Shown here: piece after piece, positions 50,016 through 59,775 of the stretch
Layout of the letters: each line of letters starts with the position of its first letter
How positions within the stretch are numbered: position 1 is the stretch's first letter
DNA from: an uncultured Spirochaetota bacterium
Lineage (GTDB): Bacteria > Spirochaetota > Spirochaetia > SZUA-6 > Fen-1364
Length of the DNA stretch: 64,000 bases
Direction: 5' to 3'
Assembly (NCBI GenBank): GCA_963845535.1
Contig: CAWJSK010000016.1
Span: forward strand, 1-64,000
The notes under the pieces: generated by a model
Seen by the model: only the letters and a program-made list of their open reading frames with translations
Told to the model about the DNA's origin: nothing
The model's database searches: none
Translations under genes and position numbers: made by a program

Positions 50016-52967
50016 CTATATCTTTTCGACGATTCTCCCCTGCGCCTGGTCGAAGTACAGGGTGATCATGTTCTTGGGCACCCGCGTTTCCCATTTCCTG
50101 CCGTGGCTCTCGATCACCACCCCCGGGTACAGGGTGCCCCGCACCGTCACCTCCGAAGGGACGTGAACGTCAAAAGTGTCATGAAGCGCGATGAGGCGCT
50201 TCTTTCGGAGCTCGATGGCTTTCAAGGACTGGGCTTTTTCCGCGCGCGCCTGGGTAAGAGCCGTGGCATCCAGGGGTTTGCCGGCAAACGCCTCCCGCTG
50301 GATCCTCTTCATATCGGCGTCCAGCTCCACCACGCGACGGGCAACGGCGGCCACTTCCCGCTCCTCCCGTTCTATCTGGTCCATGAGGATGTAGTCCTGT
50401 CCGAAGAGGACAAGGGTGGTCACGCCGGCCGGCGCGCCGAGGTTCTGCGCGGCAAGCCCTTTTCGCGCCCTCACCTCTCCTCCCACGAGGTTGCCCTTCT
50501 CGGATTCGAGGAGAAGCTTCCCGTTGCATTTCACCTGGCAGCGAAGGCACGCGCCCTTCAAGCGGATGTTCTCCATCGCCACGAGCATGGCCTGCTCCGC
50601 GAACGGGGATGTGATGTCCTTCTTTGCCCGCAAGATGGCCTTCCCCTCCCCCTTGATCCCCTGCCCGATCAGGATGGACCCTTCCGAGGAAAGAAGCGCG
50701 GCGTCCACGGTCTCCTCCACCTCGATGTCTCCCGCGGCAATCACGCGAAACCCCGGCTGGACGGTTCCGTTCACTCGAACGATGCCCGGGAAGTTCACGT
50801 TGCCGCTCGCCATGTCGACGTCACCGGCTACCGTGTGCACCTGCTGCACCGAAATGAGGGCGCCGTCCTGCACCAGCTCGCCGTCCGCCTCGGAATAGAA
50901 GAACAGGCTCCCGTCCGGCTGGCGGGCCGCGGAGACGCCCCGACCCGCCTGCAAGCCGGAAAGCGCCCCCGCCGGGGGCGGGATGGGCCGGCCCGTGACG
51001 TCCCACGAGTCCAGCCCTTCAAGCGGCGGAGGCTTGACCGTGGCAACGTGCACGCCCTTGCCCACGTGAGTGATACTGTCATGCGCGCGAAAGTCCGCGC
51101 GGCCGTCATCCAGGATGGTGAGAGTCTTCCCGGTTGCCAGGCGGATGTGGAAGGTCACCCGGTTCTCCTCCCCGGGAGGCGGAAGCTTTCCCTCCGCAAT
51201 GAGCAGGTTCTTGAAGAACTTCCCCCGGGCAACGAGGTCGAGCGCCTTGAGGAGCCTTGTCTCATCACCCCCTTTGACAACGCCTGCCTCCTGGATCCGC
51301 GTCCTCACCTCCTGGACGTCCATGGTGGCGCCGCTGCCCTGCGCCGGGGTGAACGTAAGGAAGCCTTTCATCCTGTCATCAGAAATCGTGACCGTGAGGT
51401 CCGCGTCCCTGTGGCGCCGGACGCGCAGCAGGATGACCATGCCGTCGCTTCCCTTTTCCAGTATGCCTTCCTCCGTCGCCACAACCACGTCGCGCCGCTG
51501 CTGCAACCCCTCGAACAGACGCGCCTCCGGTGTGGAGCCCCGGAGGCCCGCGACGCTCGCGCCAAAGACGTCCACGCCTGCCGCGCCGACCGCGCCCTGC
51601 ACGATCCGCATGACGGGCATCTCCGCGGTGACCCGGCCCACCGATTCGACGCGTTCGAGGGGGAACTGCTGGAACGAAGGTACCTGCGCGAGCGCCGCGG
51701 GGTTGGCGGAGCTGAACGCGCGGATGCGGTCAGCCTCTTCCACGGGAAGGAACTTCACGAGCCATTCGACGCTGCCGTCCCTGCCGCGCGCGGGGGGCTG
51801 GCCGGCGGCGAGCTTGTAATTGGAAAGCTCGGTGTCCGGTCCCTTGAAGAAAGCCTGCAGGTCTTTTCGGACCGTCTCAATGCTGTACCGCCGGACCTTG
51901 CTCAGGCGAATGGCGTCACTCGCGATGGCCAGCGTGAGAAGTTTCCCTCCTCCCCGGCCCTTGCGCAGGAACAGAATGGCCGACATGTTGTCCGGGGACA
52001 CCGTGACCGAAGCTGCCCCGTCACTGGATGGACTGAGGGACTTCCCGAGAACTGGCGCGCCCGCCTTCGCTGCCGCCTGAATGACGGAGGTCACCTCCTG
52101 CGGGCCAAGCAAGGCTGCGGGGGGAAATCCCATTTTCAAGGCTTCGGCAATGGTCTCCTGAGCGGTCGGAAGAGGCGCAAGAGGATCTCCGGGAGTGAAG
52201 GAAAGCAGGCACGTGGTGCCGTCAGGGGATGATGAGAGTGAGATCACGTGGTCCAGGAAAGGCACAACGTCCGCCCAGTTTGCCCCCCGCCGAAGGAAGC
52301 CGGCGGAAGCCGCTTTCACCTCGCTTCCCGTCCGAGCAAGGCCTTCCAGGAAAAGGAACGCAGCCTGCTCCGCGCGCCGGGCCGGAACGAGCCTTCCGAA
52401 TACGCTCTTGCCTTCCTTTCCCGGCTTCCCCGGACGGATCTTCGCCACAAGCGTGCCCTTCTGAACGAAACCCGTGCCGGTGACGGCGGGATCGATTGCC
52501 ACGTCTTCCCGCACGAGTCTTTTCTCCACGATCACCTGCACCTCCTCGCGCGCCGGGAGAAAAGGAAGGGACGGCTTGCGGAGGACCTTCTTTTCTTTCT
52601 TGATTCTTTCTTCCCGGAGGCGAAACCCTTTTGGCGGAGCAGCCTTCTGCAGAACGCCGCGGGCGGTCCCCTCCAGGCGCGGCGGGATGGAACACGGTTC
52701 GAACTCCACCGCCTCAGGCTCCGGCGACCGGGGCATCACCCCCGTGGCGGCCACGAAGCTCACCGGTTCGCCCTTGCGCCGCGCCGCGGCGCGCAGGCCT
52801 TTTTCGATGGCCTCCGTGTCTATGCCTTCACGCACCTTCTTCTCGTCGAGGAGAGAGAGGAGGCTGTCGACGGACACCTCCGCCCCGCTTTCACCGGGTA
52901 CGATGGTGACGCGGGCTTCTATGCCTTGCTCGTCGAACTCGAGCTTCAGATCGCCCTTGACGTTCAT
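50016..52967 (-). CDS. FapA/DUF342 family protein (flagellar assembly-associated)
   Basis: Repeated DUF342 N-domains (ISDDRMKGFL), GDVDMASGNVNFPG, GTLYPGVVI. Confidence 0.85.
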   Translation of the reverse strand: MNVKGDLKLEFDEQGIEARVTIVPGESGAEVSVDSLLSLLDEKKVREGIDTEAIEKGLRAAARRKGEPVSFVAATGVMPRSPEPEAVEFEPCSIPPRLEGTARGVLQKAAPPKGFRLREERIKKEKKVLRKPSLPFLPAREEVQVIVEKRLVREDVAIDPAVTGTGFVQKGTLVAKIRPGKPGKEGKSVFGRLVPARRAEQAAFLFLEGLARTGSEVKAASAGFLRRGANWADVVPFLDHVISLSSSPDGTTCLLSFTPGDPLAPLPTAQETIAEALKMGFPPAALLGPQEVTSVIQAAAKAGAPVLGKSLSPSSDGAASVTVSPDNMSAILFLRKGRGGGKLLTLAIASDAIRLSKVRRYSIETVRKDLQAFFKGPDTELSNYKLAAGQPPARGRDGSVEWLVKFLPVEEADRIRAFSSANPAALAQVPSFQQFPLERVESVGRVTAEMPVMRIVQGAVGAAGVDVFGASVAGLRGSTPEARLFEGLQQRRDVVVATEEGILEKGSDGMVILLRVRRHRDADLTVTISDDRMKGFLTFTPAQGSGATMDVQEVRTRIQEAGVVKGGDETRLLKALDLVARGKFFKNLLIAEGKLPPPGEENRVTFHIRLATGKTLTILDDGRADFRAHDSITHVGKGVHVATVKPPPLEGLDSWDVTGRPIPPPAGALSGLQAGRGVSAARQPDGSLFFYSEADGELVQDGALISVQQVHTVAGDVDMASGNVNFPGIVRVNGTVQPGFRVIAAGDIEVEETVDAALLSSEGSILIGQGIKGEGKAILRAKKDITSPFAEQAMLVAMENIRLKGACLRCQVKCNGKLLLESEKGNLVGGEVRARKGLAAQNLGAPAGVTTLVLFGQDYILMDQIEREEREVAAVARRVVELDADMKRIQREAFAGKPLDATALTQARAEKAQSLKAIELRKKRLIALHDTFDVHVPSEVTVRGTLYPGVVIESHGRKWETRVPKNMITLYFDQAQGRIVEKI

Positions 52968-53002
52968 GGTCAGGCTCCGTCACAGGATAGAGCAAAGACT
53001 CG

Positions 53003-54499
53003 CTATCCGACAAGGGTGAACACGGCCAGGGCCGCAAAGATTGCCGCGAGGCTGAGCTTCACCTTTCCCATGTGAGACTGGAACACGGTAGTGATCCGCG
53101 CGGAGCCGACTCCGAGATAACTTGCGCTGAAGACGATGACAAGGGGCACGATGAAACAGAGGTTGTACAGCAGAAGCAGTCCGAGGGCCGCCGTCCCCCC
53201 CCGCATCCGAACGAGATAGGCGAGCATGGGGAGGTACACCTGCCCTGTGCATGCGAACTCGAAAAGAGAGACGAGGAACCCCAGGACGAGCGAGCTGCTG
53301 ACGAGCGCCGCGGTGCGGACGCGGGAGCGTATGGAGGCGTGGATCTGCCGCTTCAGCGATGAGGGGAGCTGCAGCAGCATCTGCGTGGCCCGGCCCCGGC
53401 GGATGAGCGTGTAGTCGTATACGCTCAAGCCGGCGAAGACGGCCAGCACGGCCACGAGCGCCCACCGGAGCAGCAGTGAGACAATGGAGACCGCGCTTGC
53501 CGCGCGAAGAACAGTGAACAGGCCGTAGCCGATTCCGAGATACGTGAGGAACACGGAGAGCGTGAACAGGGCGCCGATCAGGAGGACCTCCCGCCTGCCC
53601 CGGCCCGCCAGCGCGAGGGATGCCAGCAGGAAGATCAGCGTCGTGAACGCGCAAGGGTTGACGCCGTCGATCAACCCGGCAAGGGCAATGGGAAGAGCGG
53701 CCATGCGCTCCGAGAAGAGCGCCGCCGCCACGGCGGCCTGCAGAGACCGGGCGGCGGGGGCAGGCGCCGCGGCAAGCCGCGTCTTCAGCGTTGCGGCGGC
53801 GTTCTTCCTGATGGTGGCGTCGCCCTGGAGCAGCGTGTTTCCAACCGCCAGCGCGGGGATCTCACGGATGGTCTCCCCCCGGGAGGAAGCAAGAGCGGCC
53901 AGCTCCTCATAAACGGCCGGCTGCAAGACGTCCTTTCGCTCCACGGTGAGGGAAACTCCAAGCTCGCGTGAGAGTCGCGGAATCTCTGTTGACAGGAACT
54001 CTTCGCAGGTACGGCAGCCAGGCGTGTAGTAGTAGGCCACCGTGATCGAGCCGGCGGACCGAGGAGCGGGCCCGGAGCCCGCGGACGCCGCCCGGCTTCC
54101 CGGGCCCGTCCCCGCGCGACGCTCCGCGCGCACGATTCCCGTGCTCGTGTAATATGGCGGTGCAACACCCGGCGGCTGCGTCCTGATGATGAAGTCTTTG
54201 CGCGTGATTCCTGTGTCGTCCGAGGAGTCATACGTGATGACGAAAGTCCCCTCGCCGCCCGCCGTGATGAGGCGCTCGGCGGGAACGGCGGTATTGCAGG
54301 TACAGGTGGGCAGAAAGCTGACGGTGACGTCCGTGTCTCCCGTGTTTTTCACCGTGACAGCCGTCTGGATCTTCTCTCCCCTCTGGATAGAGCCGAACTT
54401 CCATTCCGACGGGGAAAAGACCAGGGTGGGGCTGCCGAGTGACGGGAAAGCGGCGGCGAAGAAGAGGAGAAGGACGGGGAGGATGCGGCAGGTCGTCAC
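53003..54499 (-). CDS. Ig-like (DUF1573) + thioredoxin-like + CcdA/DsbD transmembrane fusion
   Basis: Signal peptide, KNTGD..PTCTC, YYYTPGCRTC, DGVNPCAF and EFACTGQVY. Confidence 0.8.
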   Translation of the reverse strand: MTTCRILPVLLLFFAAAFPSLGSPTLVFSPSEWKFGSIQRGEKIQTAVTVKNTGDTDVTVSFLPTCTCNTAVPAERLITAGGEGTFVITYDSSDDTGITRKDFIIRTQPPGVAPPYYTSTGIVRAERRAGTGPGSRAASAGSGPAPRSAGSITVAYYYTPGCRTCEEFLSTEIPRLSRELGVSLTVERKDVLQPAVYEELAALASSRGETIREIPALAVGNTLLQGDATIRKNAAATLKTRLAAAPAPAARSLQAAVAAALFSERMAALPIALAGLIDGVNPCAFTTLIFLLASLALAGRGRREVLLIGALFTLSVFLTYLGIGYGLFTVLRAASAVSIVSLLLRWALVAVLAVFAGLSVYDYTLIRRGRATQMLLQLPSSLKRQIHASIRSRVRTAALVSSSLVLGFLVSLFEFACTGQVYLPMLAYLVRMRGGTAALGLLLLYNLCFIVPLVIVFSASYLGVGSARITTVFQSHMGKVKLSLAAIFAALAVFTLVG

Positions 54500-54515
54500 G
54501 CTTGCGGTCCGTCCT

Positions 54516-54962
54516 TTACTGTTGTGTTGCCGCCGGAAGCGCCGGAGGTTTCTCCCGCCGCCAGGCAATGAGGATCACGAGGAACGCGATGTCCAGGACA
54601 AAAACCGCGAACAGCACCGCGCCCTGGGTGAGGCCGACGGGCCCGATGCGAAGCGCCTCTCCACGCATGGAGATGCCGAGTGCGCCCGAAGCCGCGAGCA
54701 GGACGAAGGAGAACACGGAGAGCACTTTCCCCAGCCTCAGGAACCTGATCATCTCCCCGTACTTCAGCGGAAACAGGGAAAGCATGATCCCTCCCACCGG
54801 CACGAGGAGATTCCCGGTTCCTCCCAGGAGGAGCCACGGGATGATCCCGATACTGGCGCCGCCGGCGGCAGAGAAAACCTGCGCAAGGAGAGAGAGGACA
54901 ACGAAGAATCGGACGGCTTCCCAGAGGGAGCCGGCCAGCAGGAAGGCATGTCGGGCCGCCAT
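54516..54962 (-). CDS. Hypothetical membrane protein
   Basis: Four hydrophobic segments; first gene of the minus-strand run. Confidence 0.7.
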   Translation of the reverse strand: MAARHAFLLAGSLWEAVRFFVVLSLLAQVFSAAGGASIGIIPWLLLGGTGNLLVPVGGIMLSLFPLKYGEMIRFLRLGKVLSVFSFVLLAASGALGISMRGEALRIGPVGLTQGAVLFAVFVLDIAFLVILIAWRREKPPALPAATQQ

Positions 54963-55120
54963 TATCCGAGCGATTGTAGACGCGCCGCGGACTCCGGGTC
55001 AATACGCGGTACCCGGTGTGGCCTCGTGTGGCCTCGTGCGGTGCCCGGTGCAGCATGGAATTGGCAACAGCGTTGACATTACGCCAGGAGATGTAGATCA
55101 TAGAGAAGATGGAGAGCTGA

Positions 55121-56530
55121 ATGAAACTCATCAAGACTCGCGAACGGATCGTCTGGGCGGTCGTCACGACGGTCCTCCTTGCTGCCCTCGCTCTGTTCGT
55201 CTTCTCTCAAAGACTGCTGGCGGGGAGCCCGGAGGACGAGACGCAGGCCTACCTCAGCACGATCGGCGAGATGTTCAGATATATCCAGGACAACTACGTG
55301 GACGCGGACAAGGCCCAGCCAAAGATCCTGTACGAGGGCGCCCTGAAGGGGATGTTCGAGTCCCTCAACGACCCGTACTCCGCGTACACCACTGCCGCTG
55401 ACTGGCGCATGATCTCCGACACCACCACGGGCACCTTCGGCGGCGTCGGGCTCACCATCACGAAGATCGACAAGGTGGGCGCGGAGGTCGTCACCGCCAT
55501 CGAAGGCACCCCAGCGTACAAGGCGGGGATATCGGCGGGGGACATCATCATCAAGGTCAACGGGGAGCCGGTGGACAAGCTGTCCATTGACCAGATCGTG
55601 GACCGCCTCCGTGGCACTCCCAAGACGGACGTGACCGTGACGGTGAAGCGCGGTGACTCCATTGTCTTCGACGCCACCATCACGCGGGACGTGATCGAGC
55701 TTCCCATCGTCAAGTACGCCATGATCCCCGGGGGGATCGGCTACCTGCGCATCACGGAGTTCACCCCGCAGACGGCGGAGCGCTCCCGGGAAGCGCTGCG
55801 GTTCTTCAAGGACAACAACTACACGTCCCTCATCATCGACCTGCGCGGAAACGGCGGCGGGCTTCTCTCCGCGGCCGTGGATATGGCCAACCTCTTTGTG
55901 GATGACGGGCTCATCGTGGAGATCAAGAGTGAACGCGTGGCCCGTGAGAACGTGAAGTACACGGCCCGGCCAAACCGTATGATGGTAGACCCCTCGCTGC
56001 CCATCGTGGTGCTTGTGGACAAGTACTCCGCCTCCGCTTCGGAGATCCTTTCCGGTGCTCTCCATGACCATCACCGCGCCACGTTGATGGGAGAAAAGAC
56101 TTACGGGAAAGGCTCGGTGCAGACGGTGATGTCCCTTGGTGAAGGCGGGTTCCGGCTCACCACCGCCCGTTACTACCTTCCCTCCGGCGTGACAATCGAC
56201 AAGGTGGGAATCCAGCCGGACATACCGGTGGCGGAGCCCGCTCTCTCGGACGCGGACCAGAAATCGCTGAACGACCTGCTGAACGGGTCGTACCTGAAGG
56301 ATTTCGTGAAGGCCAATCCCAAACCCACCGACGCGCAGATCGTCACGTTCATGAACGGTCTTCACGCCAAGGGGATCTCCCTGGGTGACAGGTACCTGAG
56401 AAAGCTCGTGAGGAACGAGGTCAACAGGACGAACAATAATCCTCCCCTGTATGATCTCGATTTCGACATCGTGCTGCAGGCCGCGGTGAAGGCGCTGACG
56501 AGTCACGAAATTCGGTCGGCAAAGAACTAG
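55121..56530 (+). CDS. S41 carboxyl-terminal processing protease
   Basis: DPYSAY, FGGVG PDZ, IDLRGNGGG, SASASE, TYGKGSVQ. Confidence 0.93.
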   Translation: MKLIKTRERIVWAVVTTVLLAALALFVFSQRLLAGSPEDETQAYLSTIGEMFRYIQDNYVDADKAQPKILYEGALKGMFESLNDPYSAYTTAADWRMISDTTTGTFGGVGLTITKIDKVGAEVVTAIEGTPAYKAGISAGDIIIKVNGEPVDKLSIDQIVDRLRGTPKTDVTVTVKRGDSIVFDATITRDVIELPIVKYAMIPGGIGYLRITEFTPQTAERSREALRFFKDNNYTSLIIDLRGNGGGLLSAAVDMANLFVDDGLIVEIKSERVARENVKYTARPNRMMVDPSLPIVVLVDKYSASASEILSGALHDHHRATLMGEKTYGKGSVQTVMSLGEGGFRLTTARYYLPSGVTIDKVGIQPDIPVAEPALSDADQKSLNDLLNGSYLKDFVKANPKPTDAQIVTFMNGLHAKGISLGDRYLRKLVRNEVNRTNNNPPLYDLDFDIVLQAAVKALTSHEIRSAKN

Positions 56531-56534
56531 AAGA

Positions 56535-57223
56535 CGCGACAGTTCACGCCGGTGGCAGGGGCCGCCGGACAGGGCCACGCTCCCAGCGGTGGACGCGCGC
56601 GGCGCGCGCTACCTCATGAAGCTCACGGCGTTCAACCATCGACGTGCGAGGCGGACACCGTCCCAGCGCCGACACCGGAAGCTGGGCTTTCTTCCGGCTT
56701 GGCAGCTCTCACGCTCCTCCAGTGCTTGCCAAAAGGGCGGAAAATCGATCTGATTATCCGCCAGGCGACGGAGGCCGGGGTGTCCCGGATCGTTCTCCTG
56801 GAGAGCGAACGTTCGGTTGCAAGGCCATCCGAGGCCACCGGCAGAATGAGGCGCCTGGAGAAAGTGGCTCCGGAGGCGCTCCAGCAGAGCGGCAACCCCT
56901 TCCGTCCATCGAGGCCCCCCGTCCGCTCGCTTCGCTGCGGGACGCCGCCGGTGAATGGGGCACCGCGCTGTTCTTCCACGAGGAGCTGCTTTCGGACGGC
57001 ACTCTTCATGAGCTGCTTACGGGGCCTGTCGAGCGCATCAGCATCCTGATCGGCCCTGAAGGCGGGCTTTCCCCCCTCGGAGGTCGGCCTGCCTGGCGGC
57101 GCGGGCTTCCGTTCGGCGTGCCTGGGAAGAACGGTGCTGCGTGTTGAGACCGCGGCAATGTACGCCATCGCCGCGGTGCAGATGATTTTACAGGAGAGAG
57201 ACGCGTGGAAAGCGGCGCATTGA
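56535..57223 (+). pseudogene. rsmE: 16S rRNA m3U1498 methyltransferase RsmE, multiply frameshifted (may be assembly error)
   Basis: Segments in alternating frames: LLQCLPKG..RQATEAGV..EALQQSG; ILIGPEGGLS; LGRTVLRVETAA; indels in C-runs near 56897 and 57071. Confidence 0.8.
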
Positions 57224-57957
57224 AGGTGAAAAGGATAAAGGTTCTCGATGTTCCCGTGGACGCCGTGGACCCGGACATGGCGGGCAAGGCCATCGAAGAG
57301 CTGCTCGGCAATTCCCAGGCCAACCAGATCGTGTTTCTCTCCCTGCGCGGGCTGCTTCGGGCGCGCCATGACACCGAGCTGATGCGATGCCTCCGTGAGG
57401 CTGCGCTTATCGTCCCCACGTCCCTGCCCATAGTGCAGGGGGCCGGGTTTCTCGGAACGGGGAAGCTGAGCCTGTTCAACCCGTTCGAGTTCATCATCCG
57501 CATCCTCAGCGTGATCGAGAAGTGCAAAGGGTCCGTGTACCTCCTGGGCACGCGCAAGAGCCTCCTGGAGACCGCGGAGGTGAACCTCTTGGGATCCTTC
57601 CACGGGATCCGCGTGGTCGGTCGCTTCTACGGCTTTTTCCCGCGCGCCGTGGAAGGGGACATCGTCACGGCCATAAAGAAGTCCTCTCCTTCTCTGCTCC
57701 TCGTCGGCACGGGAGTGCCGGGGAGGGAGCGGTGGCTGCTGCGGCACAAGAAAGAGCTCAACCCCGGCCTCTCGTTGTGGGCTGACAACTGCTTCGAGGT
57801 GTTCGCGGGCACGGAAAAGCAGGTTTCCCGCAAGCTTCACTCTCTGGGCCTTGGCATGCTTTCGGGCATAGGGCGCAAGCCGTGGCGCGTTGCGCTGATC
57901 TTCCCGTATTTCTGGTACCTGATCCTCCTCCTGGGCTACAAGATTTTCCGGCTTTAG
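57205..57957 (+). CDS. WecB/TagA/CpsF family glycosyltransferase
   Basis: VLDVPVD, VYLLG, VVGRFYGFF, LLLVGTG..ERW, KPWR. Confidence 0.82.
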   Translation: MESGALKVKRIKVLDVPVDAVDPDMAGKAIEELLGNSQANQIVFLSLRGLLRARHDTELMRCLREAALIVPTSLPIVQGAGFLGTGKLSLFNPFEFIIRILSVIEKCKGSVYLLGTRKSLLETAEVNLLGSFHGIRVVGRFYGFFPRAVEGDIVTAIKKSSPSLLLVGTGVPGRERWLLRHKKELNPGLSLWADNCFEVFAGTEKQVSRKLHSLGLGMLSGIGRKPWRVALIFPYFWYLILLLGYKIFRL

Positions 57958-57964
57958 GCGCGGC

Positions 57965-58591
57965 ATGAGCTACCAGGATTTTCTCAAGCTTATCGAAGTC
58001 CTGGGCATCTTTGCTTTCAGCATGACGGGGATCTTCGAGGCCCGGCGGCTGAAGATGGACATCGTGGGGACCTACTCGGTTGCCATGATCACTGCATTCG
58101 GCGGGGGAACGCTGCGCGATCTGTTTCTCCAGCGCTATCCCCTTTTCTGGATCCACGACTGGCCCTACGGCGTCGTCATCCTCATCCTGTCCGTCGTCTC
58201 CGTGGCAATCCTCCGCCAGATCAAGGACCGCAAGAGCAAGGGGCTCATTCTCGCGGTGACAATCTGCGACGCCCTCGGGCTCGGCCTTTTCAGCGTTCTT
58301 GGCGCAGTGTATTCGCTCCAGGCGTATCCGGGCCTTTTCTTCATTGCCGTCATTATGGGAGTCATTACGGGATGCTTCGGCGGAGTGATCCGCGACATCA
58401 TCGGGAACAAGGTCCCGACCGTTTTCCAGAAGTCGCAGCTCTACGCGACGTGCAGCCTTGCCGGCTGCGTCATGTACCTGCTTCTTGCCTGGCTGGGTGT
58501 TCCCGCCGCGGTCTCCATCCCCTTTGGGGCCGGCACGACGTTCGTCGTTCGGATGCTCGCCGTGAGATTCAACGTATCGTTGCCCTTCTAG
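57965..58591 (+). CDS. TRIC cation channel / UPF0126 membrane protein
   Basis: TAFGGGTLRD, DALGLGLF, TGCFGGVIRD. Confidence 0.9.
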   Translation: MSYQDFLKLIEVLGIFAFSMTGIFEARRLKMDIVGTYSVAMITAFGGGTLRDLFLQRYPLFWIHDWPYGVVILILSVVSVAILRQIKDRKSKGLILAVTICDALGLGLFSVLGAVYSLQAYPGLFFIAVIMGVITGCFGGVIRDIIGNKVPTVFQKSQLYATCSLAGCVMYLLLAWLGVPAAVSIPFGAGTTFVVRMLAVRFNVSLPF

Positions 58592-58599
58592 AGCCAGCC

Positions 58600-59049
58600 C
58601 TAGATCTCGCGGAGCCTCAGGTAGTCGTAAAAGTCCTTCAGCCCACCGCTCATCTTTCTGGCCAAGGCCCGGGCAACGCCGTTCCGCACGAACGGAACGA
58701 GCATCAGGTATCCCAGGACGTCCGTGAGAAAACCGGGCGTCACCAGGAAAACGCCTCCGACAAGGAGCGCCAGCAAATCGACTGCCTCGGGTCCGGGATA
58801 CTGCCCGTCCCGCATCTTTGCCCTCAAGCGCCCCAGAATGTCCTGGAGCTGACTGTGCGCCACAAGCACGCCCGGCAGCCCGACCAGCGCGGCAACCACC
58901 AGGACCAGCCAGCTGCCAAGCAGGCTGCCGAGATAGATGAAGAAGACGATCTCAGCCAGAGGGATGAGGGAGTACACCAGAAGGGCAAGGATCAGCTTGA
59001 AGAGGAAATCCTTTTCGATGAATTGGACAAACAATCTGAGCTCTCGCAT
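58600..59049 (-). CDS. fxsA: FxsA family protein
   Basis: IPLAEI, GGVFLVTPGFLTDVLG..LVPFVR; start 59049 or 59061. Confidence 0.85.
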   Translation of the reverse strand: MRELRLFVQFIEKDFLFKLILALLVYSLIPLAEIVFFIYLGSLLGSWLVLVVAALVGLPGVLVAHSQLQDILGRLRAKMRDGQYPGPEAVDLLALLVGGVFLVTPGFLTDVLGYLMLVPFVRNGVARALARKMSGGLKDFYDYLRLREI

Positions 59050-59113
59050 GATGACCAGCAATGTAGCAGGGTTGGGATGGCTCTGTCATGCCGGCGCCGC
59101 ACGGCATTGATTC

Positions 59114-59161
59114 GCCGAGGCGTCAGCCAGGCCGAGGCGCCGGCCAGGCCGAGGCGTCAGC
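59114..59161. repeat. 17-bp intergenic tandem repeat
   Basis: GCCGAGGCGTCAGCCAG, GCCGAGGCGCCGGCCAG, GCCGAGGCGTCAGC. Confidence 0.85.
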
Positions 59162-59347
59162 TCAGGCTTCGGTGTCGATCTTCGTTCCGACGGATGCGTC
59201 TTCGATCTTCTCTTGCACTTGAGTCTTCAAGAGCTTGTCGGAAATGCTCATCGACTGCTCGTTGGCATTCTTGAGAATGTCGCCGAGCCCCTGGATGGAT
59301 CGAGCCAGTTGGGCAACTGAAGCGCCGGGACCAATTTCTGAGGTCAT
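59162..59347 (-). CDS. Small YjfB-like putative motility protein
   Basis: 61 aa helical protein ending VGTKIDTEA (G-x-x-I-D-x-x-A); sigma28-like promoter upstream. Confidence 0.6.
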   Translation of the reverse strand: MTSEIGPGASVAQLARSIQGLGDILKNANEQSMSISDKLLKTQVQEKIEDASVGTKIDTEA

Positions 59348-59353
59348 GCAACC

Positions 59354-59381
59354 TTATCGGCAGCGCGACCTATAAAGTTGA
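59354..59381 (-). promoter_or_regulatory. Sigma28 (FliA/SigD) promoter
   Basis: TCAA-N16-GCCGATAA on minus strand, ending 6 nt before the ATG. Confidence 0.7.
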
Positions 59382-59480
59382 AACGGCGTCGCCGGTCCCA
59401 CAGCGGCGCTGCCGCCGACCGCCGCCTGCCCTCGCTTGCTGCCGTCATGCCAGTTTGACAAACACGGCTTGCCAAGGGGT

Positions 59481-59708
59481 TCAGTCGTTGATCCCTTTCC
59501 GAGGGTCAGGCGGGTTCTCCTTCAAATACTCGTGCTCGAGGCGCACCTGATCCACGAGGTCCTTGATTTTCCATTCGAGGTTGGTGGGCGTGGTGATGGC
59601 GAAAGCGATCTCAGCGGGATCGCCGACGGCGGCCTTGACCGCGCGCATCAGCGCCACTGCTTCTTCGTTGGAAAACCCGTGAATCAAGACCAGCTTGCCT
59701 TCGCGCAT
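59481..59708 (-). CDS. DUF3783-like small protein
   Basis: LIHGFSNEE..FAITTPTNLEWKIKDLV..EHEYLK; ATG 6 nt after TACGCT. Confidence 0.7.
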   Translation of the reverse strand: MREGKLVLIHGFSNEEAVALMRAVKAAVGDPAEIAFAITTPTNLEWKIKDLVDQVRLEHEYLKENPPDPRKGIND

Positions 59709-59775
59709 GGCGCAAGCGTACCGCTTTTCAGGCAATCTTGCCACGCCGGCGGCGCTGCTATAGATTGTATCTGGT

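Noticed and set aside
49995..52232. 745-aa plus-strand ORF, and similar long antisense ORFs (36622-38364, 55079-56578, 27606-28907)
   Set aside because: Shadow frames opposite real genes caused by high GC3; no motifs.
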